Below, in pieces: positions 9,430-23,705 of a stretch of DNA of 64,000 bases (within the stretch, counting starts at the first letter, position 1; each line of letters starts with the position of its first letter). The DNA lies in the NCBI GenBank assembly GCA_964016885.1, contig OZ024743.1, positions 349,680,001 through 349,744,000 of the forward strand, in the 5' to 3' direction. The position numbers and the translations under genes are program-made. This DNA comes from Eledone cirrhosa (lineage: Eukaryota). The notes below the pieces were generated by a model. It saw only the letters and a program-made list of their open reading frames with translations. It did no database searches and was not told the origin of the DNA.

Positions 9430-12400
9430 TGCATATATATATATATGCATGTGTGTGTGTGTGTGTGTTTTCACAGAGAGAGAAGGAGAACTAGATATAT
9501 ACAGATAGAGAGAGCGTGTATGTGAGAGAGACTGCATGTATACATGGTCACAAAAAGCATATTTAAAATACCATTTGGTCCATGAAAGCTTATCCTTGTA
9601 TATAATGAAATTGTAGTGTACTACAGCGTATCGTGCATATGGGCATATAGTTTAGCTTATATTGTTTTCTGTGGTCTATATTTACATACGTAATTCTATA
9701 CATCCATATGCGTATATTTTTATATTTGTTTATGTATATAATGTATATATGTATATATACATACACATACATACACATACATACACATATATATATACAT
9801 ACACATACATACATATAATTCTGATTTGTATAGACATTTTCTAAACGAGATGACACGTGATGCCATTCATTTTCTTTTGCCCTGGTTTGATAAGGAAAGT
9901 TTGCATTCTTACTTTCCTTTGTGTATTATTTCTTGGAGTAAATATTTCAAACTGTAGATGTAAAATCTATGAATGCTAAAGTAAGTTCCTAGAGTTATCT
10001 TTGCAATATTTCGGGACAATATAGCTTCTGAAAATGTCAACTTTTACTGTTCAGAATAGAAATATTCTTGGAATAAAAGATCATTAGATATCAAATGTAA
10101 TCGATGTTATTCCATACTTCCACCCAGAGTTCAATTTAGTGCTGACCATTTATTGAATGTCAAGCATGAAGTTTTAGAATTTCGTGTTCGAATGACCAAA
10201 AAATACAACACATTAGATTTGGTACCGGGGTTTTAATATTTAAAATTGTTCTTCTTATTTCTTCTCATTGACACTTGTAATGGAGGTGAACAGGCATCGT
10301 TGTTATATTTTATTTGCCAATCTTTTTCATATTTTTATTACTGCATGCCCGATCCTTAATTTGTTTGTCTACCTTTTCTTCTGTTCTCTTCCCGTCTTCA
10401 TACTTTCTGGTAGAATTGTTATTGCAAGGTCACTGGATCTGCTTTACATGGCCAATACATCTAATTTGTTTCTATTCGCCATTATTTTATTGGCAGTATC
10501 AGTATAGAGTTACGGCCCTTTATGATCTGAGTTCAAATTCCGCCGAGGTTAACTTTGTAGCAGACATGATTTGGCTGGATGTGACTTTTCAATTGGTAAA
10601 TGTATACCTATTTTATGAAGGCGATTACAGACTTATATAATGTAGAACAACAAATAACGTTGATAATGTTGATAACGATAAATATTGTTGAATTCAAGAC
10701 TGAGATTGAGGAATATCAATTATGTAAAGCGTTTAGGCCCTACTCTCAGCACTACTTCCACATCTAGAATGGTGCAGCTACTAGACATACAACATTCATT
10801 GACCATATCCAATTAAAGTCATGATTGACACGATGCTGCTCACTGATACACTCCAACCTTTGGTCCATTGGTCTGCTGTTTCACCACTATAACTTTTCTA
10901 CGGCTACTGCAGTAGTTATTACGCTTCCGATCTGGATCGTCACATGCTATTTCAACTTACTTTTATCATCTCGCACTATTCACTACATTTAATACATCCT
11001 ATACAGGATTCCTCGCTGGCCATTTTCCCCTGCATCCGTTAAGTTTATATTGTTCAAGAACAGCATTAACTTTGTCTATCTAAACGTCATGATAGGAGAA
11101 CAATTCATTCTTCCAGACACAGTCGAACCCTCTTTTCCCAAACTTCTCCACAATCAGTTTCTTTGTTTCTTTCTTTACTCTACCTATGATTACCAATAAA
11201 ATTCATAACAACAGCAGTAGTATTAATTCAAAACTACTGACATCAACCTCTGCTGTTACTTGACTCAATAAAATTGAATCTTACTCTAAATGAATTCTCT
11301 AAAACCATGCTGTACATTTCTTTAAATATCTCAACCTAATGTATAAGACTAAACCTCCTGGGCAATTCTCCAAATCTTTCTCTAATATTCCAGTCTAGCA
11401 GAGTTCATTCAAAATTATTTCCATCTAACCCTTAAATCAAACATCATGTACAATTGCGAGACATAAATCCAACATGACGTGACTCATATAATCTGTTCCA
11501 GCTACACTCATTACTGTTATCCACCTGCCATATGCTTCTGTCAGTTGATAATTTGCATAAGACCGTCGCAGCAATATGGAATAATTTGCGGTCTGAATGT
11601 ATTTTGTGTGTAAAGAAGACTAAACATTTTATTTTGGTCGTATACGCGGTGTTGACCGAGAAAGTTAATATCTTTTGAATCATGCATAATCTGAACTTAC
11701 TATCACGGCTATTGAGCTGTTTTTCCTTTGCAGCTATGACCTTTTCTATTGTCGTGTTGCTTTCACCTCTGTCATTTAGGTCCGAAATACATATTGTTAA
11801 TAAAAGGAAATTGATCATGCTTCTATGAACAAGGAATGGGAAGGATGTGTATATTATGTTTTAAAAAAAAGGTTTTTAATTAACTAGAAATGAGGTTTCC
11901 GCGCTCACCACTGATTGTATGTCGCTTTTATGTGCTAGCTTTTTTAGCGGGATTTTCTGCTAAGCGTGCAATTAGTTAAATTTCTGCAAAATCATTCAGC
12001 TTCAGCATGGAGTTAATTGCCTGTGAGTTTTGTTTATCATGCTAGGAGATTTGAGATCGTAAATTTCTCAAAGAACTGTAGATGGTTTTAAAAAAATTTC
12101 TATTAAAACTTTTAGAGTATCTATGTGAATGTAGGCTATCATGGGCATATCAATATTAGGAAATTCCTTGCTATATTTTTAGTTACCTTAAGAAGAATTA
12201 TACTAAATATTCCCATTATTATGCTTAGCAATAAGAAAATTTGTTTGCATGTTTATCGCTAATAAGACTAAATAAAATTGGTAATAATTAAGTTTTTTCG
12301 TATGTTTTAAGCTAATATTACCCCCAACATGCTTGCAATCAACGGTATAGGGTGATGCTCGAATTTTCCCAGCCTCGGATATTTTTTCTGTTGGAGGTAT

Positions 12401-12964
12401 TTCTTTTTTAGGACTTTTCATTTGTTTTCGATCGATCTGATCCCCGATTCACTCACCAACCTTTCATTTTCCAGAAAACATGGAGGCATGGAGTGAGGGA
12501 GACACTCGGAGTTATAGATAACCTCTTCTTAACTGTTTAAATTTATAGAAAAACGCCCGGTGAGGAACGTGGAGAAATTTTGTTTTCCTAGATTTGTTTG
12601 TGTTTTCAATTAATCTGACCTCTGCAATCGCATTATTTTCCAAAAAAAATGGAATGGGTTGGGGGTAACCGTCGAATTCTCGCAGCCTTGGAGATTTCTA
12701 CTGTGAGAACAACAAAGGAGGAAGGCAGAGGGACACACGGAATTATGGATAAGCAACTCTCAGTCGTTTATAGTTATAAAATAGCAAACCCTTTGATACT
12801 GAAGGATTTGTTTATCCTTCATCGTTAGTAATGTGGTAAGCGTTGTAAGCTTATTTAATTAAGTTTTCCCCAATTTTCAAATCCACCATTCCAATGAGGA
12901 GAGGCTGTGTGAAAGAGCATTCATTGCCTCACAAAATATTTCTCTCATATGATCCCTGAAGGTA

Positions 12965-13390
12965 GCCAGACCTATAAATCTATGGAAGAAATTGTTCGAC
13001 GTGAACGATGCTATCCATTATCCCGTTGAATTTCTCAAGAATCTGGATCTGTCCGCTACCACATAATTTTGAATTGAAAAAAGCCATTCAACATGCTTCT
13101 CAGAAATCTGGATCAGTCAAAATTGTGAAATGGGACGCCTATGGTTGTGACTGAACTACAGTCTCCCATTATCGAAGCCAAAATCCTCATTGGATGTGAT
13201 AAGGCAGACTTAGCATTTATACCTAGGATACTGCTAATACCAACAGAAGTCACTTTTTGTTTCAAACGATTGCATTTCCTAGTGAGATTCAGTTATGTAA
13301 CGGCCATTAACAATTCCCAAGGTCAAACCTTGTAGGTTGTCGGTCTTCGTCTAAAAAAAGGCTGTTTTTTTACATGGTCCATTGTATTTT
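12965..13390 (+). pseudogene. Helitron RepHel (PIF1-family helicase) C-terminal fragment
   Basis: Translation across frameshifts: HYPVEFLKNLDL...HNFELK...MLLRNLD...NGTP-like...IIEAKIL...FIPRILLIP...FKRLHFLVRFSYVTAINNSQGQTL*VVGL...CFLHGPLY. These are PIF1/Helitron helicase motifs IV-VI. Confidence 0.88.
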
Positions 13391-13606
13391 CATAGAATAT
13401 ATTTTTGTGTTATTTTCTTTATTACTTTCTGTATTTAGATATTCTAGATAACTTTTTAAGAATTGCTATACAATATTTAAATACCTTTTAACATCTTTTA
13501 TTCTAATGAAAATCGACACTAGGACAGACGACAATAGATGCCTTATGAATAGATTTGAGCACAGTACAAGCCGAGAAGCCACTAGTATATATATATATAT
13601 TTCTTC

Positions 13607-14462
<856 letters not shown>

Positions 14463-14639
14463 CAAGAAAATTGCGTCAATAGGGTGTGAGTACTCGATGC
14501 TCGCGCATAAAATTCGCACAAAATCAGAGACCAGCTTATCTGAGGATGTTGCTAGGGATAGTATGATGGTTGTTGTTCCTAATGTTATTGATTTCATTAG
14601 TGTTATTACTATTATTACTATTGCCATTCGGGTTTGTAG

Positions 14640-16120
14640 TTATTATGTTGTTCTGAAAGTTTACCTCCTGCTGTGTTTTAATTTGTTGAAAATAAGTATT
14701 AATCTTTCTTTTATTACTACTAGCTATATGGTATGCTATGTTACGTGTGGTAGAGTAAGAGATTTTAATGTTGTTTTTATTTATAAGATTATGGTACTTA
14801 TGGCCCGATGGGAAGTTTCTTTTCCAGGATTGAGAAGAAAGCCTTAGGTAAGTTGGTAGAGACGTTTAGATTGAAAGGGGGATTGAAAAATGTATTAGTT
14901 CTTCTATTTTTATTTTTTATATCTATTGAGGTATTTCTGTTTATAATATTTTGGTGTCTACTTTGGCGCGAGTTAAGTTTGATACTACCCTTCGTATTAG
15001 AGTAAGGATGGCTATTATTCTTATTATTATTTTTCCTCATGGCCATATTGTGAGAAATAATACTGTAACTATGTGATTTTATAGGTAGGAATTCAATCCC
15101 ATTATTATGACCTGATTTAGCTAATGCCTGATTATAGTATTGTGAATAATTGTTAAATATGGTTTCGTTATAAGATAGATTAGAGATTCTATTAGATATT
15201 CCTTTAGTGATTGAGTTTAATATGGATGTATGGTGGTTAGACTTGGGATCTACATAAATTAGTCTTTCGTTAGGTTTATGAAAGGGTGTATATATTTTAG
15301 AGTCTAGGTAAAGGGTAGCATCCAGGAAGTTAACATGTTTAGTGCTTTTGTCTATGGTGATACTTAAGTTGAAGTTTTTGAAAATTTTATGTAAGAGTTT
15401 CCTAGTTCTTTCTATATTAAATTTGTTATAGTCTATAAGGAGTAGTGCATCATCGCGGTATAAACCACCGGTGAGGCATTGTAGGTCCTTATGGATTTCA
15501 TTTAGTAGATATAGGCCCACCAAATCAGTGACCGGCGCCGAGTCACTAGATCCCATAGTTATGTCAAAGTTGTTATGCGTATCCTTGCGGGTCCATAATT
15601 GATCTTCAAATGTAATTATGGTTTTACGGGCCGCAAGTATGACATCAATCTGGGATCTAGTCATGTCACTATTGTTCATGGCCATAATACGTGCTTTATT
15701 TAATAGGATAGGGGAAATAGAGGTGCAGTATGAATTGATATCAAACTGTATACATTTTTTATTTTTGTTCTCTTTAATATCCTTAAACCATTCAATCACT
15801 TCACCCGTATTTCCCCACTGGTTAAGATATATTTTGTGCTTAATCTGTGGGATGATTTTATCTAAAATGTTCTTACTGATGATACCAATGTCAGATTTGG
15901 AAGGGCAGATTAGTCTTATCGAAAGGTTAATACTGAAATCTTCCTTATGATCCTTCAGATAGAATCCTGCGGTGTTAGGGGTGTATGGCTATGTATGCCT
16001 CTGAAGTCCAAATTTACACACTATACTACGGCCTTCCATATTAATATCTTCTAGGTTTTTAATGGTAGTTTTCATATAGCTCCTATGTAGTTCTTTATAT
16101 ATAAATTTTCTATATGTATC
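14640..16120 (-). mobile_element. Penelope-like element, RT and thumb region (frameshifted; no GIY-YIG seen)
   Basis: RLICPSKSDIGIISKNILDKI...QWGNTGEVIEWFK...IQFDINSYCTSISP...FDITMGSSDSAPVTDLVG...GLYRDDAL...VNFLDATL...PFHKPNE...SNH...FNPPFNLNVSTN, then after a frameshift HKYHNLINKNNIKISYS. Lies between (TA)n tracts. Confidence 0.9.
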
Positions 16121-16201
16121 ATAATCTATATGTATCATAATATATATATATATATTAATCTATAAATATCATAATATATATATATATATATTCATCTATA
16201 T

Positions 16202-16244
<43 letters not shown>

Positions 16245-16250
16245 ATACAC

Positions 16251-16282
<32 letters not shown>

Positions 16283-16313
16283 GTGTGTGTGTGTATGTGT
16301 GTGCGTATATATG

Positions 16314-16349
<36 letters not shown>

Positions 16350-16374
16350 CATACACACGCACACACACACACAC

Positions 16375-16415
<41 letters not shown>

Positions 16416-16933
16416 AGCAGAGAGAGAGATAGATGGACTCTTTTATCGTAAATGACACAGGAGGGGCCCGGCAACTATTATATGTTATGACTTCTCACGT
16501 GTTTTCGAACCTTTTGCATACTTACAAACTTTCTTACAATGGGAAGAAACTCTCTGGAGAGCTGAATAGCAGAAGTTCTTCAGAGAAGAAATTACCCTCA
16601 CAATCTTCAGCACCAGTTGACAGAAGACGTAACATTTCATGATGTAACAGTCCAGCTTTATGTTGTGCAATGTGATAATCGATATTTGATTGATTTGGAT
16701 TTGAAAAATTATGTGATTGGTTATAATGATGCTGTTCAGTGTTTTCGAAATTTGTGCTCATATTGAAACAAGTTGACCTTTTGTTTGACTATTCACTACT
16801 TACCGTTCCTACTATTCATCAGGTACACCACAAAGTTCCATTGTCATTCACCTGATCTTTAAGTCGGCGGAGGACTTTTCTTATTCGACCAAATAAGAGT
16901 TACTTTGGTAATTGCGTTCTATCCACTTTTACC

Positions 16934-16977
<44 letters not shown>

Positions 16978-16978
16978 G

Positions 16979-17098
<120 letters not shown>

Positions 17099-17171
17099 GT
17101 GTGTATGGGGGGGGGGAGCATGTCAGCTCCGTAATTTTTTTTAGATAAGTTATGGTAACCTTTAATAGGTG

Positions 17172-17450
17172 AAAATTTGGTTGAGTGGTTAAATGTTTAC
17201 CTCACGACCGTTACATTCCGTGTTCGATCCCACTCTGTGATATATTTGGCAAATAAATGTCCCATATCCTCGGATTGTTGAAGTCTTGTGTAAAAAACTG
17301 TGTAGACAGAAATTGTAAGGAAGTCTCTGGAATGGGTTATATCTTTACTTCAAATGTCCAGTCTTGTTACATATTGTGTCACGCGTATTCTAACTGACAA
17401 TTAAATTATGAGTACAGGTGTCTATGGAATGCTAACTTACTTACACATTA
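17172..17450 (+). mobile_element. Decayed tRNA-derived SINE (second family)
   Basis: A-box-like tggttgagtggttaa and B-box-like gttcgatccc, followed by a body resembling the degenerate copies at ~48480-48610 and ~63185-63270. Confidence 0.5.
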
Positions 17451-18935
17451 ATTTCAGAAACCATTTGCTTTGTACATCGACGGAGGGATTCAACGTTTTA
17501 GAATGTCCATGAATGTCGAAAGTCTTATACATTGATTCAGGAGTCAGACGTTCAGTTGACAGAACGACTGAATACTCATCGTTGAGACCACCATTACAGG
17601 ATCCACCTCTAACGTTTGTGCCCATGATAATAAGGTTTTTTTCTTGCAGCTCATGTCATAATTTAAACAGAGGATTTCAGAATTCTCGTACTAAGACTCA
17701 TTAAACAACGCAAGCCATCCAGAGTAATTATAATATCCGGTGTTTTTCCTCCACACAATATCCTTGGTTATATTTCCTACTGTGGAATCAGGCAAAGAGA
17801 GCAGTTTCTTGAACACTATTCATTACATTCGAGATCGTAAGTTACTCTGAAATCAAATTCCTGGCACAATATTTTGCCACAGTGTGCACTCTGCTAAAAG
17901 AACACCCAAAGAGCTGGGTGGTGGTGTTTAACCCAGCCACAAATCAAGTCACGGATCAAGGCTTTGCACTATACTACTATAAAAATCTCAAGCAATTATT
18001 ATCTAACAATAAGCAACACAATCGGTGAAATGTGCAGATCTACAGTTGCACGACAGGAGTATCTTCTCCCAAAAAATTATGTGCCTGGTTCAATTACATG
18101 TAGTGGATAAAATACACGAAAATACATTTTACCCAAGTATTAGAATGCTACCAAAAGAATATTTGAAATGTATTCTGAAGCACATGTATAGTTATTTGTA
18201 GATTATTGTATTTATTGTATCTTCTAATGATTTCGTTTCATTTGGCTTAATATTGAAAGCTAGTATTTATTTTAAAAACAACTTCACTTAATGAAATGTT
18301 CCTTATGAAAACGATGGATTGGCACACTCATTATAATATTAGACACAATGTCTTGCAGTATTTATTTACAACCCTTTACATTTCTGACTTCAAATACCAA
18401 TGAAGCCAAATTTTCCTGTTTCCCAGGATCAATAAAATAAAATAAAATACCATTCAAGGATTGAAATCGATATAATCGGCTGTTCGCCTTCTCTAAACTG
18501 TCTGGCATTCAGCCAAAGTTAAAAGCCATTTATATTGATGTTGCTAATGTTGTTGTTGCAAGTTATTTTTGTATTTGCTGAGTGTTTTTGTTGTTCTCGT
18601 TCTCGTTGTTGCTGTCGTTGTTGTCTTTCCCGCTGTTGACACAGTGACACTTATTTTATTAATGTTGTTAGGGAACGTTCGTAAATTTAAATCAGCTCCA
18701 ATATTAGTTTTATTTCTGACATACATGTTACATAAGTGAATTGTTCGCTTCAGAATCAACAAAAATGGAAGGAAAGGAGAATTGTTCAATTGAGAAAGAA
18801 AGGTACGATCATACACAAACACGCATGCACTCACACACATATACACGCACACAGACATACATGCACGCATGAATAGATATATATGTGTGTATATATATAT
18901 AATCGCACACGTAAAATATGCATTTACAAATGCAC

Positions 18936-18976
<41 letters not shown>

Positions 18977-18977
18977 T

Positions 18978-19017
<40 letters not shown>

Positions 19018-19414
19018 CAAGAAAGTAAATAGTCAAGTAAAACAAAGAGATATGCCGACAATAATCCGAGCTCAATGTAAACATACGATCATCAAAATAT
19101 ACGAATCTCCTTATCAGTAGTATAATGTGTAAAATTGGTTAGGAATCAGTCTTTATGCAAGTAAATTCGACAAGCTCTACAAATGTTGTGATACAGAGCC
19201 GAAAAGGTATAATGTAATAAATAACAAAGATGACATTAAACCATTTAATTTATGACACTTTTTTCTTTTGTTTTCTTTAATCTTTCACAAATGTGTCAGG
19301 AATATAATGATTTAATTTCATCTTTGCTATTTTTTGCATTATATATACATATACGTACATAATGTATACATACATGCATACATAGATATAGATACATACA
19401 TATATATATACATT

Positions 19415-19457
<43 letters not shown>

Positions 19458-19486
19458 TATACATGCATATATAAATACATAAATAC

Positions 19487-19568
<82 letters not shown>

Positions 19569-21573
19569 TAAATATATGAAAATATGTACTGCAATTGTAA
19601 TGATAATAATAATAATTTCTTAATTTGACATTAAGCTATATAAAAATGCGGGTTTCCGATTTATACTTTTCCCAACAGAATATGCATAGTTATTTTTCCG
19701 TCATAGACACCAGAATGGTGTCTCTTTTATCGATTCTAGATGGAGTAAATACAGAGTTGACCATGGCAAGATTATACTGAGAAACTAAAGTGACGTTCGT
19801 AAGAAATTTTGTCTGTTATTCAAACAATTTTTATCAGCGTTCGCCCAAGGTGAGGAACCTCATGGAAGAGATTTTTTGACATTAGCAAACACCTGCCACT
19901 TCTTGAGAAGGGCACAGTGGCCTACTGTAATGCATAATAATGCATAATAATAATAATAATAATAATGCATATTGTATTATGACCTTAATAAACTATATAG
20001 ACGTGTATCGGAATATTTTCACAGCAATGAAAAATGTTTTATAAACAAAACAATCATGTCTACGCAACAAGATGTTATATTAAGTGGACATTGGATATCT
20101 TGATATTATTTTTTTTTCGTATGGCAAATATAGTGTTTGATTTTTGTATCATTCGCGTAAAAATAATTATAATTTTTCAAGGTATAATTTTTTAGGTAAA
20201 TTAGCGCAGTAATTTTCATTGAAATATAATAATTACTTCTATCAATAGAATTAGATAATAAACTATTGTATTAAACAATCAGAGGATGCTAACGTTATGT
20301 CATATGAATGATAGAAAAAAATGGAATACGATTTATATAATCTCATTCTGAATCAGGAATTCAAAGTATAATAAAGTTAAACTCAATTTCTGACTATAAA
20401 CAAATTTCGGTTATTAATCGAAGGTGGGACAGTGCTACGTAGTAGAATTAATCTTCTGCGCAACAGAAGATCGTTTCAGCCTTATGAAGTGAAAAGCCAC
20501 CAGTTGTTGTTGTTATTGTTGGTGTTGGTATTGGTGTTGCTGGTGGTGATGGTTTTGCTATAGTAATAATGGAAGTACTGTTTTCTTATATGTTCAGATA
20601 AAACATCAACAACATCATTTGTATTTCGTACTAACAATTGTTTCTACTTTTAGCACAATGCAAGCAATTATCCCATTGTATTACTGGTACTTTATTTCGT
20701 ACTAACACAGTATACAATACAAGTAGCAAAGAAATACTAGTGGCAATTATACAGACGAAACACTTGCTTGGAATTTAGACTTGTGCCAAATTTAGAAACT
20801 ATTATTATTATTACTGTTAATGCTGTTGTAATTATTTTTTCATTATTATGCCGCTGAGTCGCTTTAACTTGGATATATATTTATTTATTTCTATCTTTTT
20901 TTTTTCAAATGGTCTTTAAATATTTTACGTTTTGTAAGTCAGTGTCAATACCTGCAAAACCTTTTCTTTTCATAAAAAAATAAAAATTAATTACGTGTTT
21001 TAATGGGGAACTGATTGGGGTTAGTGTGTTACAGTTGGGGTGAAATATTTGATTTTGTATATACATATATTTTGTTTCCAATTAGAGTGTACTAGTGTAC
21101 TATATTAGCACTTGAAAGCGCTAGTTATTTTATTTTCAAAAATAAAAATGATTTTCAATTAAAATGCTGTTGCTTCAGTGTACGTTTATTAAGGATGAAA
21201 ATTTAAGTACAAATAGAAACAATTTATATTTATACACTTCAAATGCAAAAATAATATATTTATATACAAAAAAATACTGCAGCCGTAATTGCTGTAACCC
21301 TAATCAGTTTTTAAAAAGTCTATAATTTTTAAAAACTAAAAACAAATATAACAGATTCGGAATTTCTAATATTCAAAACAAAATACGAATTCCGTTTTGA
21401 AAGAAAACGGCCATTATAAAAAAATATATCGTTCAAGTACACGTTAACAGAAATCCACTCTGTATCGTCCTGTATTGTCTTTAATGTGTCCTTAATGTGA
21501 GCCCTGTGTGGCTCATTATTATTATTTAACAATATTATTATTAACAATATAATTATTATTATTGAGCAATAAG

Positions 21574-21785
21574 GGTGGTGGACTGGCAGTATCGGTAGAG
21601 CGTGGCATACTATGCTTCACGGCATAGGGTTACACCCGTTTACCTTCTGAGTTCAAATCCCACCGAGGTTAACTTTGCCTTTTATCTTTACGGGGTCGAT
21701 CAAATAAAGTACTGGGTCGATCAAAAATGCACTGGCGTCGGTGTAATCAACTTTCTCTCAAATTGTGCCGAAATCAGAAACCATT
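21574..21785 (+). mobile_element. tRNA-derived SINE (major family in the window)
   Basis: ggtggtggactggcagtatcggtagag (A box)...ctgagttcaaatccc (B box)-accgaggttaactttgcctt...cggggtcgat...agtac, ending in an (ATT)n tail. Confidence 0.8.
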
Positions 21786-21798
21786 ATTTAACTTATAT

Positions 21799-21957
21799 AG
21801 GCACAAGGCCAGCAATTTTAGGGGAGGGGAACGTCGATTAAATCGACCCCAGTGCGTGACTGGTACTTTATTTTATCGACCCCATAAGGATGAAAGGCAA
21901 AGTTAACCGCAAAGCAACGGCGTCCGACACTCTACCGATACTGCCAATTCACCGCCA
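21799..21957 (-). mobile_element. tRNA-derived SINE (major family), tail-to-tail with the previous copy
   Basis: ggcacaaggccagcaatt...actggtactttattttatcgaccc...gatgaaaggcaaagttaacc...ctctaccgatactgccaattcaccgcc, with an internal deletion. Confidence 0.8.
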
Positions 21958-22214
21958 TTTTATTTAACAATAATAATAATAGCACAAATTTCTTTTAATG
22001 TGTGCTTTTTTAAAACTCCATTTAACTATATATTTTTTATTATGACCGTTTTCTTTTATAAATGTTATTTTACACAAAGAAAAATCCACAATGCATCATT
22101 CTGTATCGTCTTTAATGTTTACTTAATGTGAGCGCTGTGTGGCTAATAAAGAAATTATTATTATTATTGTTAAATTGGCCTTGTGCCTAAATCAGAAATC
22201 ATTATTATTATTGT

Positions 22215-22560
22215 TAAATAGTGGGTGAATGTTGAGAGGATGGCCCAAGTGAATGGGTTGACTCTAAACATTTGCTTGTAGTGTGGAGAGATCAGACAGG
22301 AGAGGAACAACCTCCCGTGGTTCTTCAAATAATTAGGGTGTTCTAGGATCTGAGCGTTCCTAAGTTACCCCTGGGTGGTATTATTACCTATTGGGGAATT
22401 TTACGGTTATCAATTAGCTGTTAATTATCACATGTTACCCTTTTCTCACGTTTCTTAGTCTATTTGTATATCACTACTGTCTGTGTTTTGTTGTTTTTTG
22501 TTTGTTTGTTTTATTTTTGTTTTGTCCCCTATGATGTGGCTCTAGTGGCCAACAAAGAAA

Positions 22561-22605
<45 letters not shown>
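22215..22605 (+). mobile_element. L1/Tx1-type LINE 3' end with (AAT)n tail
   Basis: K*WVNVERMAQVNGLTLNICL* matches KRWANWARMAQVNRPTLSMCL at 28243-28305. The 3' end gtccctatgatgtggctctagtggccaacaaagaaa is followed by (taa)n. Confidence 0.7.
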
Positions 22606-22608
<3 letters not shown>

Positions 22609-22703
22609 TCGCCATCAACAACAACAGCATTCTCATCATCGTTATCGGCTTCCTCCTTGTGTTTTTTTTTTACCTTTTGTTTGTTGAATATACAGATTTG
22701 ATT

Positions 22704-23542
22704 TTACAAAAATATAATTAAAACTGGCAACAAAGACAAAAATATAGAAATAATAGAACAAGCTGATGTCAAACGTGACAGTTTGTTGGGACATAACGTT
22801 GCGTTTGGGTAAGATGGCAAAGAGACAAAATCCTGCCTGGAAGCGCCACGCTTAAACAACGGTGGAACGGTTCTCTCGATGAAATGAGCGTAAAGAAAGT
22901 CTATTTTACTAGAATCGTTTTTTGCAGTTTTGAAAATAATCGGTAAATTCATATCCCAACCATCGGCTTCGCTCATGTATCGTAGGAGTCCCTTGAATCT
23001 CATGCGAAATCTATCAACTTTATTGGTAGCTAGAAGAACAGCTTGTCCAAATTTGCCATGTGTCAAGTAAAGTTGTTGTTTGGACGAGTTTAAATAAATA
23101 GTAATGTTCCCAAAAGCAGGATGTCCATAAATACCGACATACTCCGAAAGGGCCCGCTGGTGCATTTGTGGTTCGGTAAATCTATCTTTCTTCTTGTGTT
23201 GCTTTGACTTCCATCGACCGTAGAAATTCTTGGCGCCATTATCTTCTAGAGAAGATGTTTTCTGTGCCACCACAACGTGTGCAGTTTTTTTCCTACGCTT
23301 CGTTTTATGATAATTGTGTAACCAAGGATCTGGGAATGTACAGGAACTGGATTGATTGAGCCAAGCCTCCTGTCCTAGCAGCAAATCTGCGGCATAATGA
23401 TGAATGACTCTTAATGCATTCTTAGAATGTTTGTTCATAGGACCGTTAACACTGCTGAAAATCGCCACATTATTGTCTGGGAATAACCATATTAGGGAAT
23501 CGTATCCGAATATCCTGCCATTGTGCTGAACGTTATGGAAAC
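22704..23542 (-). CDS. Beta-lactamase-related serine hydrolase (peptidase S12-like), terminal exon: HxG motif, DUF3471-like domain, hydrophobic C-terminal tail
   Basis: Acceptor cttttcag|GT at 23543/23542 is in phase with the preceding exon. Translation GFHNVQHNGRIFGYDSLIWLFPDNNVAIFSSVN...EYVGIYGHPAFGNITI...SACSIISIFLSLLPVLIIFL*. Confidence 0.9.
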
Positions 23543-23616
23543 CTGAAAAGTACAGATACAAAAAATATATGTAGAGAGACAAAAAAAAAGAAAAAAATAG
23601 AGATAGAGATAGGGAG

Positions 23617-23705
<89 letters not shown>

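Noticed and set aside
14798-15799. Telomerase reverse transcriptase
   Set aside because: Intronless, multicopy and frameshifted, with PLE-specific thumb motifs (KP...Y...SNH, FNPPF).
17700-18060. Possible Tc1 transposase remnant (SEIKF...GGG)
   Set aside because: Too few motifs to support a call by eye.
21574-21670. tRNA genes at SINE heads
   Set aside because: A and B boxes are present but there is no complete cloverleaf, and each continues into the SINE body.
23543-23702. N-terminal extension of ORF 22704..23702, and the extensions of ORF 27207..27818 beyond 27440-27699
   Set aside because: These are intronic microsatellite or low-complexity read-through outside the splice sites.
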